From: Nemertoderma westbladi
Taxonomy: Eukaryota > Animalia > Xenacoelomorpha
Length of the DNA: 64,000 nt
Assembly (NCBI GenBank): GCA_032718475.1
Contig: JAUCBJ010001883.1
Coordinates: 5,069-69,068 of the forward strand
Reading direction: 5' to 3'
The notes beneath the pieces are model-generated. The model was given only the letters and a program-made list of their open reading frames with translations, did no database searches and was not told the origin of the DNA. Of this stretch, positions 49,650 through 62,529 are shown piece after piece. The position numbers and the translations under genes are program-made. Within the stretch, counting starts at the first letter, position 1. Every line of letters starts with the position of its first letter.

Positions 49650-50102
49650 AGACTTGATTATTACTGTAATAAGAAAAAAAGCTACTGGCTACTGACTACT
49701 GGCTACTGACTACTGGCTACTGACTACTTGATGAAATTTTGCATAAACCTTGAAAATAGATTTCTATGGGTACTTGTGAAATCGCGGTTTAAATTGAAAC
49801 ATCTCAATTAGTTTTATTTCGAAAAATAGCCCAAAACACGAAAACTGCAATAGGGGCAATGATAAAAACACCAGCTGGCACTCATGAAAAATGTATAGAG
49901 ATGGCCTGGTAATGCATTCAATAGGAAGGGCAACTAACACAGAAGTACTAACACAGAAGTACTTTCTGTGCCAAGTATTATCACTCTACTCTACAACCCA
50001 GACAGTAAGCTAACATGGTTTAGCTGGCTATTACAGTCTCAGCTGAATAACTCTTCCCAATGCATCCTTGCTATGCTAATTAATTGGCGTGCAAGCTAAA
50101 TG
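49650..50102 (+). mobile_element. Interspersed repeat with (CTGGCTACTGACTA)n tract, Helentron/HINE-like; inverted partner at 51846-53700
   Basis: About 450 bp of reverse-complement similarity to 51846-52274 plus 53649-53700. Confidence 0.65.
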
Positions 50103-50669
50103 TGTTGTCTACTACTGTATTGATTGTACTGTGCTCTCTAGCTCTCATCTAATTATTGTTTTATTTTAAAATCTTTGTGCCAACATTAATACTGTGGAGG
50201 CTGTATGCTTATAAAGCTGAATGTTTACTCAGCCTCATAATGATTCTCCATAGGGCTAACATTATTGTTTGAAATATAAAAATCTGTTATACAATAATAA
50301 TATAATTGTTATATTTAATTAAGGCAATGATTTTTTATGTCCTTTTATTTGACTTTTTTTGTCCTTTTTTTTACGAATTATGCATAATGACTTTTGTTGT
50401 CCTTTTAATGACTTTTATTGTCCTTTTAATGACTTTTTATGTATGTATTTCTTCAAACTGTCAGACTGCTGATTTCTGGACTGTCAGACAGTTGATTTCA
50501 CTATGCCTGTGCCAAAACATTCCATGATTTATAGACTATGAGATAGATTTCCATATGCGCCTGTGGTAAAAAGACTCTATATTTAATAGTTTGTGGTTGT
50601 TGTCGAAAATCGAATACCACATGACGTAGCAAAACACTCATTTTATAGCCAAAAACAATTACCAATTGA

Positions 50670-51303
50670 TGGAAAGGAGCAGGTTAAGGCCGATTTTTCT
50701 AACCAAAACAATAAACAGTCACTTTACCAAATCAGGGAAAGGAGCAGGTTACAGAGACGGGATTTTCTAACCAAAACAATAAACGATCACTTAACTAATT
50801 GAGGGAAAGGAACAGGTTACAGAGGCGGGATTTTCTAACCAAAACAATAAACGATCACTTAACTTATTGAGGGAAAGGAGCAGGTTACAGAGGCGGGATT
50901 TTCTAACCAAAACAATAAACGATCATTTAACTAATTGAGGGAAAGGGACAGGTTACAGAGGCGGAATTTTCTAACCAAAACAATAAACGATCACTTAACT
51001 AATTGAGGGAAAGGAGCAGGTTACAGAGGCGGGCCTTTCTAACCAAAACAATAAACGGTCACTTAACTAATTGAGGGAAAGGAGCAGGTTACAGAGACGG
51101 GATTTTCTAACCAAAACAATAAACGATCATTTAACTAATTCAGGGAAAGGAGCAGGTTACAGAGGCGGGATTTTCTAACCAAAACAATAAACGATCATTT
51201 AACTAATTGAGGGAAAGGGGCAGGTTACAGAGGCGGGATTTTCTAACCAAAACAATAAACGATCATTTAACTAATTGAGGGAAAGGAGCAGGTTACAGAG
51301 ACG
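50670..51303. repeat. 68-bp tandem array, ~9 units
   Basis: Unit GAGGGAAAGGAGCAGGTTACAGAGGCGGGATTTTCTAACCAAAACAATAAACGATCACTTAACTAATT; period 68 (50801, 50869). Confidence 0.93.
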
Positions 51304-52274
51304 ATAAAACTAATACAGTAATAGGCCTAAATTATGTGAAAGGTATATCCACATTTTCCACAATCCTGCAATCCAGTTTTGCCTATCAATTATTTAAAAT
51401 TTATTAGCACAACCGGTAGGCCTACCATTACCGTATTTAAATGGTAGGCTACACAGTAGGCCTATAGCAGTACCGGTGCCGGTACCGGTACTAAAATACA
51501 GAAATACCTGCTTTATACCTACATCTATACATACAATACAGCAAAATAGTGCTATATATACTAATACCGGTACTGATAGCCTGAGAGAACAGCAGTAGAG
51601 AAACCGGTAGCATGAACCTAACATTAGACTTTTGGAGGACATAAAAAATAAAAAAAAAGGACAAAAAAAGGATTTAAACGGACAATAAAAACTATTGCGT
51701 TTAATTAATATCGCGGTTTACATTGAACAGTGTAAATTGTTAATCGCGGTTTACATTGAAACATCTCAACTTGTTTTATTTATTACATAAATAAGAAAGA
51801 ATTTGTCTTATCACTGTGTAGCCAACACACTGTATAACTAACAGTCATTTAGCTTGCACGCCAATTAATTAACATGGCAAGGATTCATTGTGAAGAGTTA
51901 TTCAGCTGAGACCGTAATAGCCAGCTAAACCAGTTATGGTTTTGTTTGATTACTGTCTGGGTTGTAGAGTAGAGTGATAATAAAACTTGGCAGAGAAAGT
52001 ACTTCTTTGTTAGTTGCCCTTCCTATTGAATGCATTACCAGGCCATCTCTATATATTTTTCATGAGTGCCAAGCTGGTGTTCTATCATTGCGCCTATGGC
52101 AATTATCGTGTTTTGGGGCTATTTTTCGAAATAAAACAAGTTGAGATGTTTCAATTTAAACCGCGATTTTACAAGTACCCTTAGAAATCCATTTTCATGG
52201 TCCATGCAAAATTTCATCAAAATCGTTAGAGCCGTTTTTGCTCTACGTCAGTAGCCAGTAGTCAGTAGCCAGTA

Positions 52275-53648
52275 CTACTAGGATCGGCATGCTGCATTGC
52301 AGCTGCATTTTTAAGAATGCTGTGTTAATAATTCACTCCATGAGGCTGCCAAAGTACAAGATTTTGCACTGGCTGGTCCTCACGGCGAAAGTAATATTCT
52401 GCAAAGCGGAGGCGATTTTGTTCTAGTGTCAAGCTTGGGGGAACCAATGAGACACCTCCAATGTTATATAGTGTCTGGTTGGAGAAGTGTGCATTGTACT
52501 TGACACAATGAACCCGGCGTAGCATTCTTGTAAATGTGCCATCCAGAGATTTGGTGTCCTCAGCAGATAGAGCTCAGAATGGACTCCCATAGAGCAGTAC
52601 TGGAACTACTGCTGCTCTAAATAATCGGACCTTAAGTTTCCGATTAATTCTCGGTGACTTCCAAATCCTGGAAAGCCTATTCAAGGCTGCCCATGCCTTT
52701 CCCTTACGTATTCGAAGGTCCTCACCTGACTTCCGGATCCATGATCCCAGGTAACAGAAGTCGTCCACATGCTCAAGCATACCATCCTTTGAGCTTATGC
52801 TCATCCGATCAGAGACTTGCTGAGAACTTTCAAAGTTAACTGTCAAAATTTTGGTCTTTCTGGAGTTAATAAAAAGACCAACACTAGAAGCAGCATGTTC
52901 TAATGAGCTGAGGGGCCGTTGGGCTCCCTCTAGTGATTCTGAGAGTACTCCTAAGTCATCAGCAAAGTCTAGATCAGTTAGGTACTTGGCAGGATTTCCT
53001 CGACTTCTGGAGCCAGTAGGTGGAGTTATCATCACCCCATTATCATTATGATGATCTAAGGACATGCGTAGAACATAGACAACAACAATTATGAACAAGA
53101 ATGGAGCAAGTGTGTCTTCCTGGAGGACACCCCATAACACTTCAAATGGTTCTGGGTCACCGTCAACAGTAGACACAAATGTTGTCGAACCATCGTATAC
53201 TGATCTGATTGCTGCAAAAATTTCATCAGGAATCCCATATATAATGAAAGTATGCTGAACATACGTGAGCGAGAGACTGAATCAAAGGCCTTGAAGAAGT
53301 CAACAAAGATAACAGCCAGATGCCTGTCTTTCTTTTTTGATAACTCTTCAATTATCCTTCTAAGTGCCAAAATGGGCTCCATGGTCCCACGACCTTTACG
53401 GAACCCATTCTGATTTCCACGGAGCAGTCTCTCAATGGGATCCCTGATGCGATTTAATAGAATTCTATTGAATAGCTTTGCAGCAATCGAGATCAATGAG
53501 ATTCCCCGAAAAGAACCATAGAGTGTTAGGTTGCCCTTCTTGGGAACTGGCACCAATTTATTTGTTTTCATTTCTTGTGGGACTCTTGTTGTTCGGTACA
53601 TGTCTACTATGGTGGGATAGATGAGCTTTAAACACTCAGGTATTTTAA
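52275..53648 (-). mobile_element. 5'-truncated RTE-type LINE (RT domain), frameshifted
   Basis: PVPKKG..FRGISL..QNGFRKGR..FVDFFKAFDSV..GVLQ.DTLAP..DLDFADD..YLGS; TAG tail; probable TSD AGTAGCCAGTA inside a microsatellite. Confidence 0.92.
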
Positions 53649-56600
53649 AGTAGCCAGTAGCCAGTAGTCGGTAGCTTTTTTTCTTACAGTAATCAAGTCT
53701 AACGACTTGCTAATTAAATTAATTATTTTTATTTTTATTTTTTCACTAAAATCGCTCTAACTTCGGTTCTGATGGTCCAAATTCAATAAAATTGGTATAT
53801 TCTTTGCCGTGATTTTTTTTCCATCTTTTGAGAGGGGGTCATTTTTGTCCCCAACAAAAAATAAAAAAAAGGGTCAAAATGACGCGATATTTTTCGACCC
53901 TTAAAATTCGTTTTTTTAATTATAAATGTTAAGAAAAAAGATAGCGGAGTTAATTTGCTACATTTTACAGGTAGTTTTGGCGCAAAAAGATAAATTATAA
54001 TAGAGTAGCGAATTATTAAGAAAAACAATTTTTCGTCCCTTTTTTATAAATATTATATTTCACATGATCGTCTGCCGCTCCAGTTGTATAATAGCTTCGG
54101 CTTCGGCGCTGTAATTAACGCTGTTAGATAGATAATTTAACGCACTATAGGTCTGTATAAACAAATCTCCCGTAAGTTAAGTAGTTTTCGAGCCGGACGA
54201 GTTCCCGCGCAGTGAGTTTGAACCGCGAAATTTTAATATTGGCCCTCATTTTTTTATATCGTTTGCGCAGCAAAACCAATAGAATATTTGGATTCACCGT
54301 ATCGATATTAACCGTATAAAATGTACCTTAACCTTCTAAGCTTAAAAATAAAAAAGTTATTAATTATAAACTTTTTATTATTTTCTGGCCCTTTTTGGAC
54401 CCTTTTGCCGACACAAGCCGACACAAGGTTAAACACTAAAACCTAGTCCTTCTCACAGAACCATTTCTCTCAGCTTTGGTGTAAATTAATTGATTAATTT
54501 ATTATTTTTTTATTTTTTTTCTGCCTCAGGTAAAGTCCACACTATCAATTGCGAAGGTCAACAACGACAACCCAAAATTCTGAGTAAAGTCTTTACAAAT
54601 ATACTAAATGATTGACACCGCCCCCCCATTCCCCAAGGTTTTAATCTCTCTAATTGAAGCAATTTTAAAGAATTCTAATTACATTGTAATTCCATTTAAG
54701 CTATTCGATTTTATAGAATTTTATTAAATAACTCTATATCTTAAATTTACATTGCTATCATTTTAAGTAATTTCATTTTAATGCATTTGATTTTATTATT
54801 TGTATTTATTCTACAAACGTACACAATGGTAATAAATGCACCAGATATCATTCAGCTTAACTTGAGAACTGAGACAAATTCAACATTAACTTCAAGTAGC
54901 TCCTACAGCCAAATAAATATAGAAACCCAATTAAAACTACTGCAGGTTCGAATGTAATTGCGGTTACGTTTGATACCCATTATCATTAACGATGTTACAT
55001 TCGATCATGATAACGTTCGGTCTATCAACCATTTTACAAATTAATACTACTTGCTGTTTACATGCTAAATGTTGTCAAATTTATAATGTCTATCATTAGA
55101 AAATTTGGCGCAAGCAAATTTATGTAAGTTATACCAAATTTCGAACCGTGTACCGCAATGTGACCATAGAATACGGTACAGTCATACTGAAAGAATGCTG
55201 CTACTTTATTTCAAGCCGTGATATATAACACCCCATAGCATATCATTTAGATTACTTTATTCCACGGCTTATTTCATGCCAACATGTATATAATTAAAGG
55301 TGATAATCATTCATCACAATCTCCCCCATTTTATCTCACATCATTTATTTCCGAGATTTCCGAGACTAATAATAATTAACAAGGCAATAAATTAGTCAGA
55401 GATCCTATGATGTTAATTTTCTTTTGAACATTGAAGTGAGCCGTTTATAATTTAACCCCCAGAGATGCGTCAGCTTTGTTCGTCATTTTTCTGTATCCTT
55501 CTAGGTTATCCTTTTACCTCTATAACTACTTAATCTTCATTATAATCCTTACGCCAATTAATTACTAAATGTGCCACGTTCGTGGATGCTGATCTATATT
55601 TTTGTCAACATTTGTGTTCGTGGAGGTAGTCGACCTAAATGGATGGCAGATCAAATTAACGTGGTGTCAGATATCATTAATCATATAAGTCGTCAGCGCA
55701 TTATAATCTTTATACCCAATATAGATTAATAAACAATAAAAGAAAAAATCAACTTAGTAGAATAACACGGTTTGTGGCAGGTCACTCACTGGTACAAATC
55801 ACCTTAATCACACGGTGGTGCTATATTTATCGTTATGACACAATTAGAACACAAACTCAATACAGTACCCCATAGAGTCGACCTTCAACATCAATAAATA
55901 GTAATTATAAAATATTATTGTTTTAGTAAACAAACCCATCACTACTGCCGGTATCCGTGGTTACTGTAGTAACTTCCACTTTTATTTTCCATAAATCCTG
56001 AGATCTTTGGAAATAAAGTAATGAGATAAAATCATACTCCAAAAACTCTCGAAATATAATAAAACCTGTGAAAAATCTTTAAAAACCCATTAAAAGTATT
56101 AAATTCTTATCATACATTCATCAACAACGCTACTCTAGAAATCGTTTGCATGACTACTACAGTACTACTAAACTGTAACATCAGTGAAAGACTAAATAAT
56201 CAAGTCGTAAAATACGTATAGTCATTCTGATCATGTCGGTCTTTTATAAACTAGAAGTTTATTCGTGGGAGAAGAGATTCAGATCGGATCTGTATATCAG
56301 ATAGAGTAAACTGAATTTTTGTTTACCTGTTGGTTTGCTGTTTACTTGTGTGAGGTTTACAGAGTGTGGACGCCCAATATAGTTGTGTGAGCAGACTATA
56401 AATATGTTTTGGAAGACTATAAAGTTGTTTGAGCGGAATATGAAGTTGTTTTAGAGAACTGTAAAGATGTAAGGGCAGTTTAATTTTTGTTGGTGGATTA
56501 CAATTGTACGTCGCGTAGTGGTGCCAATTTTAGGACGATAGGAGAATTGTGTAATAAATATAATATCGCTGACTTACAACTAAATGTGTAAAAAGTATAA

Positions 56601-56744
56601 ATTATGTTCCGATTAAGAAGACCAATGAATGGAAAGTCATGAAAACAGATCAACTCATTTCATGTAATGAAACAACTCCATCCAATCCTCACGATTTCTG
56701 TACTTTGTGTTCACGTTGTGTACTTCGTTTCACTGTTATTCGGA

Positions 56745-57100
56745 GCTGGGCAACAATGCAATACCTCCTTAATCCACCATGCCTATTACGTAGCTAATCA
56801 CATATTTACAAATGTTCCAAAATATGGTGTATTTATTAAATAGAATTAAATAGCCTCGCGCAAATACAAAAAACCATGCAACTTTAGAACGCTCATATCT
56901 CATATCGATTAAATTCAGATTGTGATACATATTTGGAATCATTGAATAGTCACTTTTCTATCAGTACCAATCACTATAAGGTTGAAGAATAGTGCGATGC
57001 CGACGGAGACACGCTCTTTTCAAACGCTTTTAGCTAAAGAATGAAAGCTAAAATAAAAATTCTGGCTCACCCAGCAAGGAGGAGGGAGGTGAAATTATCA
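56745..57100 (+). mobile_element. Diverged partial copy of the 938-1809 MITE
   Basis: Colinear similarity to 1364-1710. Confidence 0.75.
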
Positions 57101-57137
57101 ATGCTTCATATAAAATCTGAAAAGTAAATAAACTTAC

Positions 57138-57203
57138 CAGCGCTGATACAATGTCAATGAGAACAAACATTGACAATATTAAAATCATCTTCACAGCCGT
57201 CAT
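57138..57203 (-). CDS. Putative first coding exon encoding a signal peptide
   Basis: ATG at 57203; MTAVKMILILSMFVLIDIVSAL followed by a consensus donor CTG|GTAAGT in phase 0, matching the phase-0 exon at 2285. Confidence 0.6.
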
Positions 57204-57577
57204 ATTTGATAGTATAAAGTCAGTATTGCTCCGAAATATTGGCGATATTGTTTCGGGGAAAACAACTTAGAGATTAAAATAATGAAAACAATTCTAACAG
57301 CACACGATGAACACTAACAACTTTAGTAGTAGTTACTTAAAAGAGTTAACCAAATAAACCAATGAGTATCGAAAATCAATTCAGATTTACTGGCGATCAG
57401 GAAAAGCAACCAATCCCTACCCACTCAGATACACGATGGGCTTTCACAAATCGCTCACCGTTGTCATATGATATGCTCTCTCTATTGTCAGGTGAAAATA
57501 AACGTGGTTGAGAAAACACAAACCAAATTAATCAAGAACAAGCTATTTGGTGGTAGGTGTACGCATACTGAACCAGA

Positions 57578-57730
57578 ACAAAATTGCGCCGCCACAACTC
57601 CCTATCACCCATGACATTTGCTAGATCATCCGCATCTTCAAGGCCAGTGTCCTTTAAGATGCGTCTCAAGAAAATCATGGGCTGTCCACCATTCTTATTC
57701 ACTCCATGAGGCTGCCAAAGCACAAGAATA
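57578..57730 (-). mobile_element. Short RTE 3' fragment
   Basis: VLWQPHGVNK..FLRRILKDTGLEDADDL. Confidence 0.8.
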
Positions 57731-60700
57731 TGTATTGTCTGTTCCTCACCCGCCAGTGTGCAGTGCATAAGTACAAAGAACAAGTACCCACCAAAGTATT
57801 AATAATATGAAAAACAAAGCCCCCAGCTTATAGTAGTACTAATAATGAATGGATTGATATATCGTCCCTTTCATTTTCAAACAACCTAAATGACAAAATT
57901 GACTTTTCCTGTAAAACAGCATTATTGATTCTAATTTTGTTTGCAAGTAATACTCCAGGATTTTGGTCTTATTTACTTTTAAATAAATTAAATGTAACAA
58001 TTTTAAACAAAAACAGTTTTGGTATTGGAATTATGTAACATATTAGGTAGGAAACTATGTATAGGGATATAGGTTGTTTCAAAAAAAAATTATTACATTT
58101 TTTACAATGATTACTCAAAAAGCATTAAAACGCTTAAGACAAATTCGATTATTAAGTTTTAAAAATGTAAATCAAATCTCCCCATATCATAATAAACAAC
58201 AATTATGCCTCCTGAATCGTTGTTTCCTATTTTATATCAACGTTTCCTGGCCTTACCTTATTTATAATAGTAAAATGTGTTATATAGGTTGTTTTAAAAA
58301 ATATATATTTATCATGCGGTCTATACAAAACTGGGCATATAGGTGGTTTTGAAACGTTAAATATCTCAGTTATACGTGGGAGTATGGCCTTCTAAGTGTG
58401 TTAATCGGATTCAGAATACATTTTAAGATAAAGAAATGCAGAAATCTCCATTTCGGCAAAAATTGCATATAGGTGGTTTCTAAATGAATGGGACGATATG
58501 ATACGTAAATGTTACTACATATCCAGTATGTATAAGATAGTCCAGGTGGAGAGCGCAAATGGAGAATTTGCGCCGTGCGAGTGCATGGCCGACGGCGTTG
58601 TTGGCCATGTGGTATTGTTCTAGAATATTACAGTATTATTAATGCCATTTAAAGTTAAAAGTTAAAGCCCATGTTGCTGATGGAAAATAACAAATGCCTA
58701 CCTTGATTTTGTTAAGGTCAGTTTTGTTTATACTTGAAGGCTTACATATGTAAGTATACATGGGCATAATATTCCAAATACTTTTGTTGCGCCTGTCGAT
58801 TCGTATAAATCGACAGGCGCATAAACCCCCCCAATTTATATTACACGTGTATTATTATTTGTGGAAGCAACACATAACCCTAAGCTGGTGGAAGTGGATA
58901 TCTTTTGGAACACAAAAGATATACCAGAGAACATTATATAAATTATAATTATTGAAATATTGAATTAATTATTGAATTGGTAAATAGAGATTGCCAAATG
59001 CCTACATTAAGAACATTGCTAGAAATGTCAATAATCTATAGCCTACAAACTAAGGGTAACTGTCAGCCAGTTACTGTACATGGGCAGATGGGTATACTAA
59101 GTACAGGAGTACTTGGATATTTCTGTATTCACAATACTCAACTATATGAAGATAGGGTACGTTTTGACTAAAATACGGCATCTGATGTAACGTTTTGACT
59201 AGGCCTATCTGCCAAAAGAACCTCCACTATATATGCCCTACATGTAGGCCTACCATACCTGCACTGGTGCTCACTACAGACTGTGGAGGTAGCTACCGGC
59301 AAGAGGTGTTTGGTATATAGTTTTAGTCAGTAAATGGCATACAGCAACTACTGACTTTATGATTTCATCAAGTTCATCAAACCAGGCTGATAAATCAGCT
59401 GTATTAATAATTGCAGCAGGATTGGATAAATTATTAATTAATTTGGGAAACTTTACTAATTAGTAAAATCGTTAATTAGTTCGATTCAAAAGATTTTAGA
59501 GTAATTATCATTTGTAAAATAGTAAACAGCTTTGATACACCTTGTGAATAAGGATTTGGGGGACGGGGGGGCAAAGCCCCCCCCCCGCCAATTAGGTAAT
59601 TAAGTAATTAGTTAATTACTAATTAACGGTAGGAGATACGGCATCGGCGCCAGAGACTTTTTTGTATAGAATAAAATTCCGAACAACTTTGTGATGTTAC
59701 GTTTTTTCATAGCTCTTAGTGTTTTCGAGTTACGACGCTAATTAGTTTTCGGCTAATTAGTACTAATTAACAGTAATAGGAGGGCCATAGCGATGACGGA
59801 ACTTTTTTTAGATCTTACCGAGATGAACAAAAAAAAACACCGTTGCTAGGGGAAAAACCAAATACTTTTCGAGAAAAATCAATTTGAAATCTTTAATCGC
59901 TAATTACTAATTAATTAATTAACAGATTTTTTTCACAAAAACTCCTAGCTATCGCGCTAGGGCCATCTACCAGATCGCGCAAACAGAATCGTTCTAGCTT
60001 TCGCCGTTCTCCTGGAAAAATCCTTTAAAAATCGACCTAAAAAAGATCAAAGCAAAGTGCCTACTTGACAGGGGGTACACCATAATGCTATCTTATGAGG
60101 TTTTACTTTGGTGTTTATGTTGGTTTCTCATGTTCCGTTAAAAAGGCTGCATTATTTATTCCTCATAAGACTCTGTCGAGCCTTTGGCTCTCCAGTGGCA
60201 GCCTATTGCTCGAGATAAAGTTATCGTCCAATCATAATTAATAATATATATTTAGAGGTTAACATCTTTAATTTATGGGTATTAAGTAAACTGCGTCAGT
60301 TTATGTTTTAGAGTAGATAATATTTATTAGATTTCAACGAATTATTGTTTTAGTAAATAATAATTGGTTAAAAGATTGTTATCAAACAACATGTCGTGTA
60401 TGTAGAATCTCGGCCAACCGAAGCTGTCCGATATGCGTAGGCCTACCTACCTATACAAATTGTATGTATCAATTTTATGGTACGTAATAAAAGCCAACAA
60501 GACTCAGGTTAAAATAAAAAAATTAAATAAAATCCCAGTTAATCATAAACACTGTGGTGGCCTACGGACGCCTTAGAGGGATATGGGGGAGATGTACACT
60601 GTAGGCACCAGTAGGGTTATGGGAGCGACAGATACGATCCTCATAGATTTCATGGGATTCAACCTAATATTTATTAAATAAATACGCGATAAAAAATAGT

Positions 60701-60999
60701 TAATCTATCATGGCACACTCCTATCTATCATGCACATTGAAAACTCAATATAGCATACATAGAAATAGTAATAGATAACATCATTGTTTTAAATAAGCGA
60801 ATTTTAGCATTATTACAATATGGTTCAAATTTTTTATAATTCGAGAATGCGGGATCCATATTTATTGCATTAATTAAATTACGGATGAAATTAAAATGCA
60901 GTAACGAAAAGGACATTTGTATATAATTATCATACAGTAGTATACATTTATTAGGATTGACAATGCCAGACACAATCTACTGCAATGGAAAGAGTTAAT

Positions 61000-61585
61000 C
61001 TTCAAGCTAGACCTTTCCTGTGAGCAAAGCAGAGCACCCTGAACCACATACTCAGCTTCAGGGGTATATTATCTTACCAGACCCAGTGTAAGCTAGCAAC
61101 AGCTGGTCAGGAGCACCTTACAATAGGGATGCAAGGCATGGCCCAGCAGATGAGATACACAGTGGAGGGCAATGTGCATCACAGTAGGTGGGTGATGGGC
61201 CCCATATGATCGATTCTACTGCAACGAGTAGAGCTGACTCGGCAATACCCTCCCCCAACTCAACACCCGCCTCCCCTCGCCCCAACTTATGATAGGGGCA
61301 GTGGAGGAACTAGTCTATTGATGAATCCAACTGCACATGCAGCATTGGACAAACTAGACAGTTCAAGAAGTGAAATGGAAAGCTATGGACTCATACTGAA
61401 CCCAGTGGTGAATGTATTAAGTCCCACATGGACAATAATGTTTCGCAATAAATACAGGAGCTCTGTAGAAGACTGATATACTCCTCGCTCCATCACAAGT
61501 GATCATCCTAGTATTGTAGCCGAAGTAAGACTTAGACTCCGCGATAGCAGAGCTAAGAAATCTTCCTTGCCACGGCATGATTGAT
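61000..61585 (+). mobile_element. Decayed LINE 5'/AP-endonuclease remnant
   Basis: ITSDHPSIVAEVRLRLR at ~61492-61542 resembles the SDH end motif of the APE domain; left boundary uncertain. Confidence 0.4.
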
Positions 61586-61920
61586 CATAAAAATAATATC
61601 TTCCGTTACGTTTTTATTTCAGAAACATTATTTTAATTAAAAACAATCTAACTGCATCCTTATTAATATTATCGAGTACAGTACCTCGGAGATCGTCAAG
61701 AAGGATGATCTACTAATTGGCCTACCAGGTCCGGTACTTCTCACTGCCATTCTGCAGTTAGTTATGCATGTTATGTACAGTTTCAAATACGGTACAGCCT
61801 TTTTAATTGTAGATTTCTATCTAAGTAACTAGGATTGCAGTACTGACTACTGATAATCAAGTAATGTAATTCAGCTCAGGCCTGCCTAAAGCCTACACCT
61901 AATAGCACTGTAGTGTAGTA

Positions 61921-62529
61921 CCGGGTGTTCCATAATGATGCCCCCCCCCCCCCTGGCCAGCCAAAACTGCCAGGCATGCAATTTAGTGTAATATCATTCG
62001 AAATATAATTTAATTCTGAGATTGCATGCAAAAATTTAGGGTCCATTATAAAAGTAAAACAAATTTATAGGCTATTCTTCAAACCTATCTAACTTTTCAA
62101 TATTTTTGATTTAATCACAATTAAAAAATATATAATTTATCCAGCGTTAGTCATCAGCTTTGCAGCCCTGTTTAAACAGTTATTACTGCCCGACTTTTGC
62201 TGTAAATGCAATATATTACAGTCTTCAGTTACTGGTATTAGTGTTTCTTTGGTAATTTTACTGAATTAGGCCTAACATATGTAATTAGAATGATAACTTC
62301 CAGTGCAATCTTCGATGACTCTGAAGAAAAACGCATGGTTGACAGGATCAGAGATGTTACTTTTAGAGAGGGTCGTGATTCTGTGGCATAATCAAACTGA
62401 ACTCAAACCAAACCCTAAATTGGACCCTAAATTTTCAAATTCTCTTTCGAATGATACATTACACTAACACCAAGGTGCAAGTTAGGCAGTTTTGGCTGGC
62501 TAGGGGGGGGATCATTATGGAACACCCAG
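61921..62529 (+). mobile_element. Internally deleted Tc1/mariner element
   Basis: TA|CCGGGTGTTCCATAATGAT at the left and ATCATTATGGAACACCCAG|TA at the right; ~50-bp TIRs; possible transposase N-terminal remnant DDSEEKRMVDRIRDVTFREGRDS at ~62315-62385. Confidence 0.8.

Noticed and set aside
50670-51303. CRISPR-like array
   Set aside because: Head-to-tail near-identical units with no spacers.
58060-60100. Further degenerate DNA-transposon or Helentron-like repeats
   Set aside because: Motifs look repeat-like, but ends and TSDs could not be defined.
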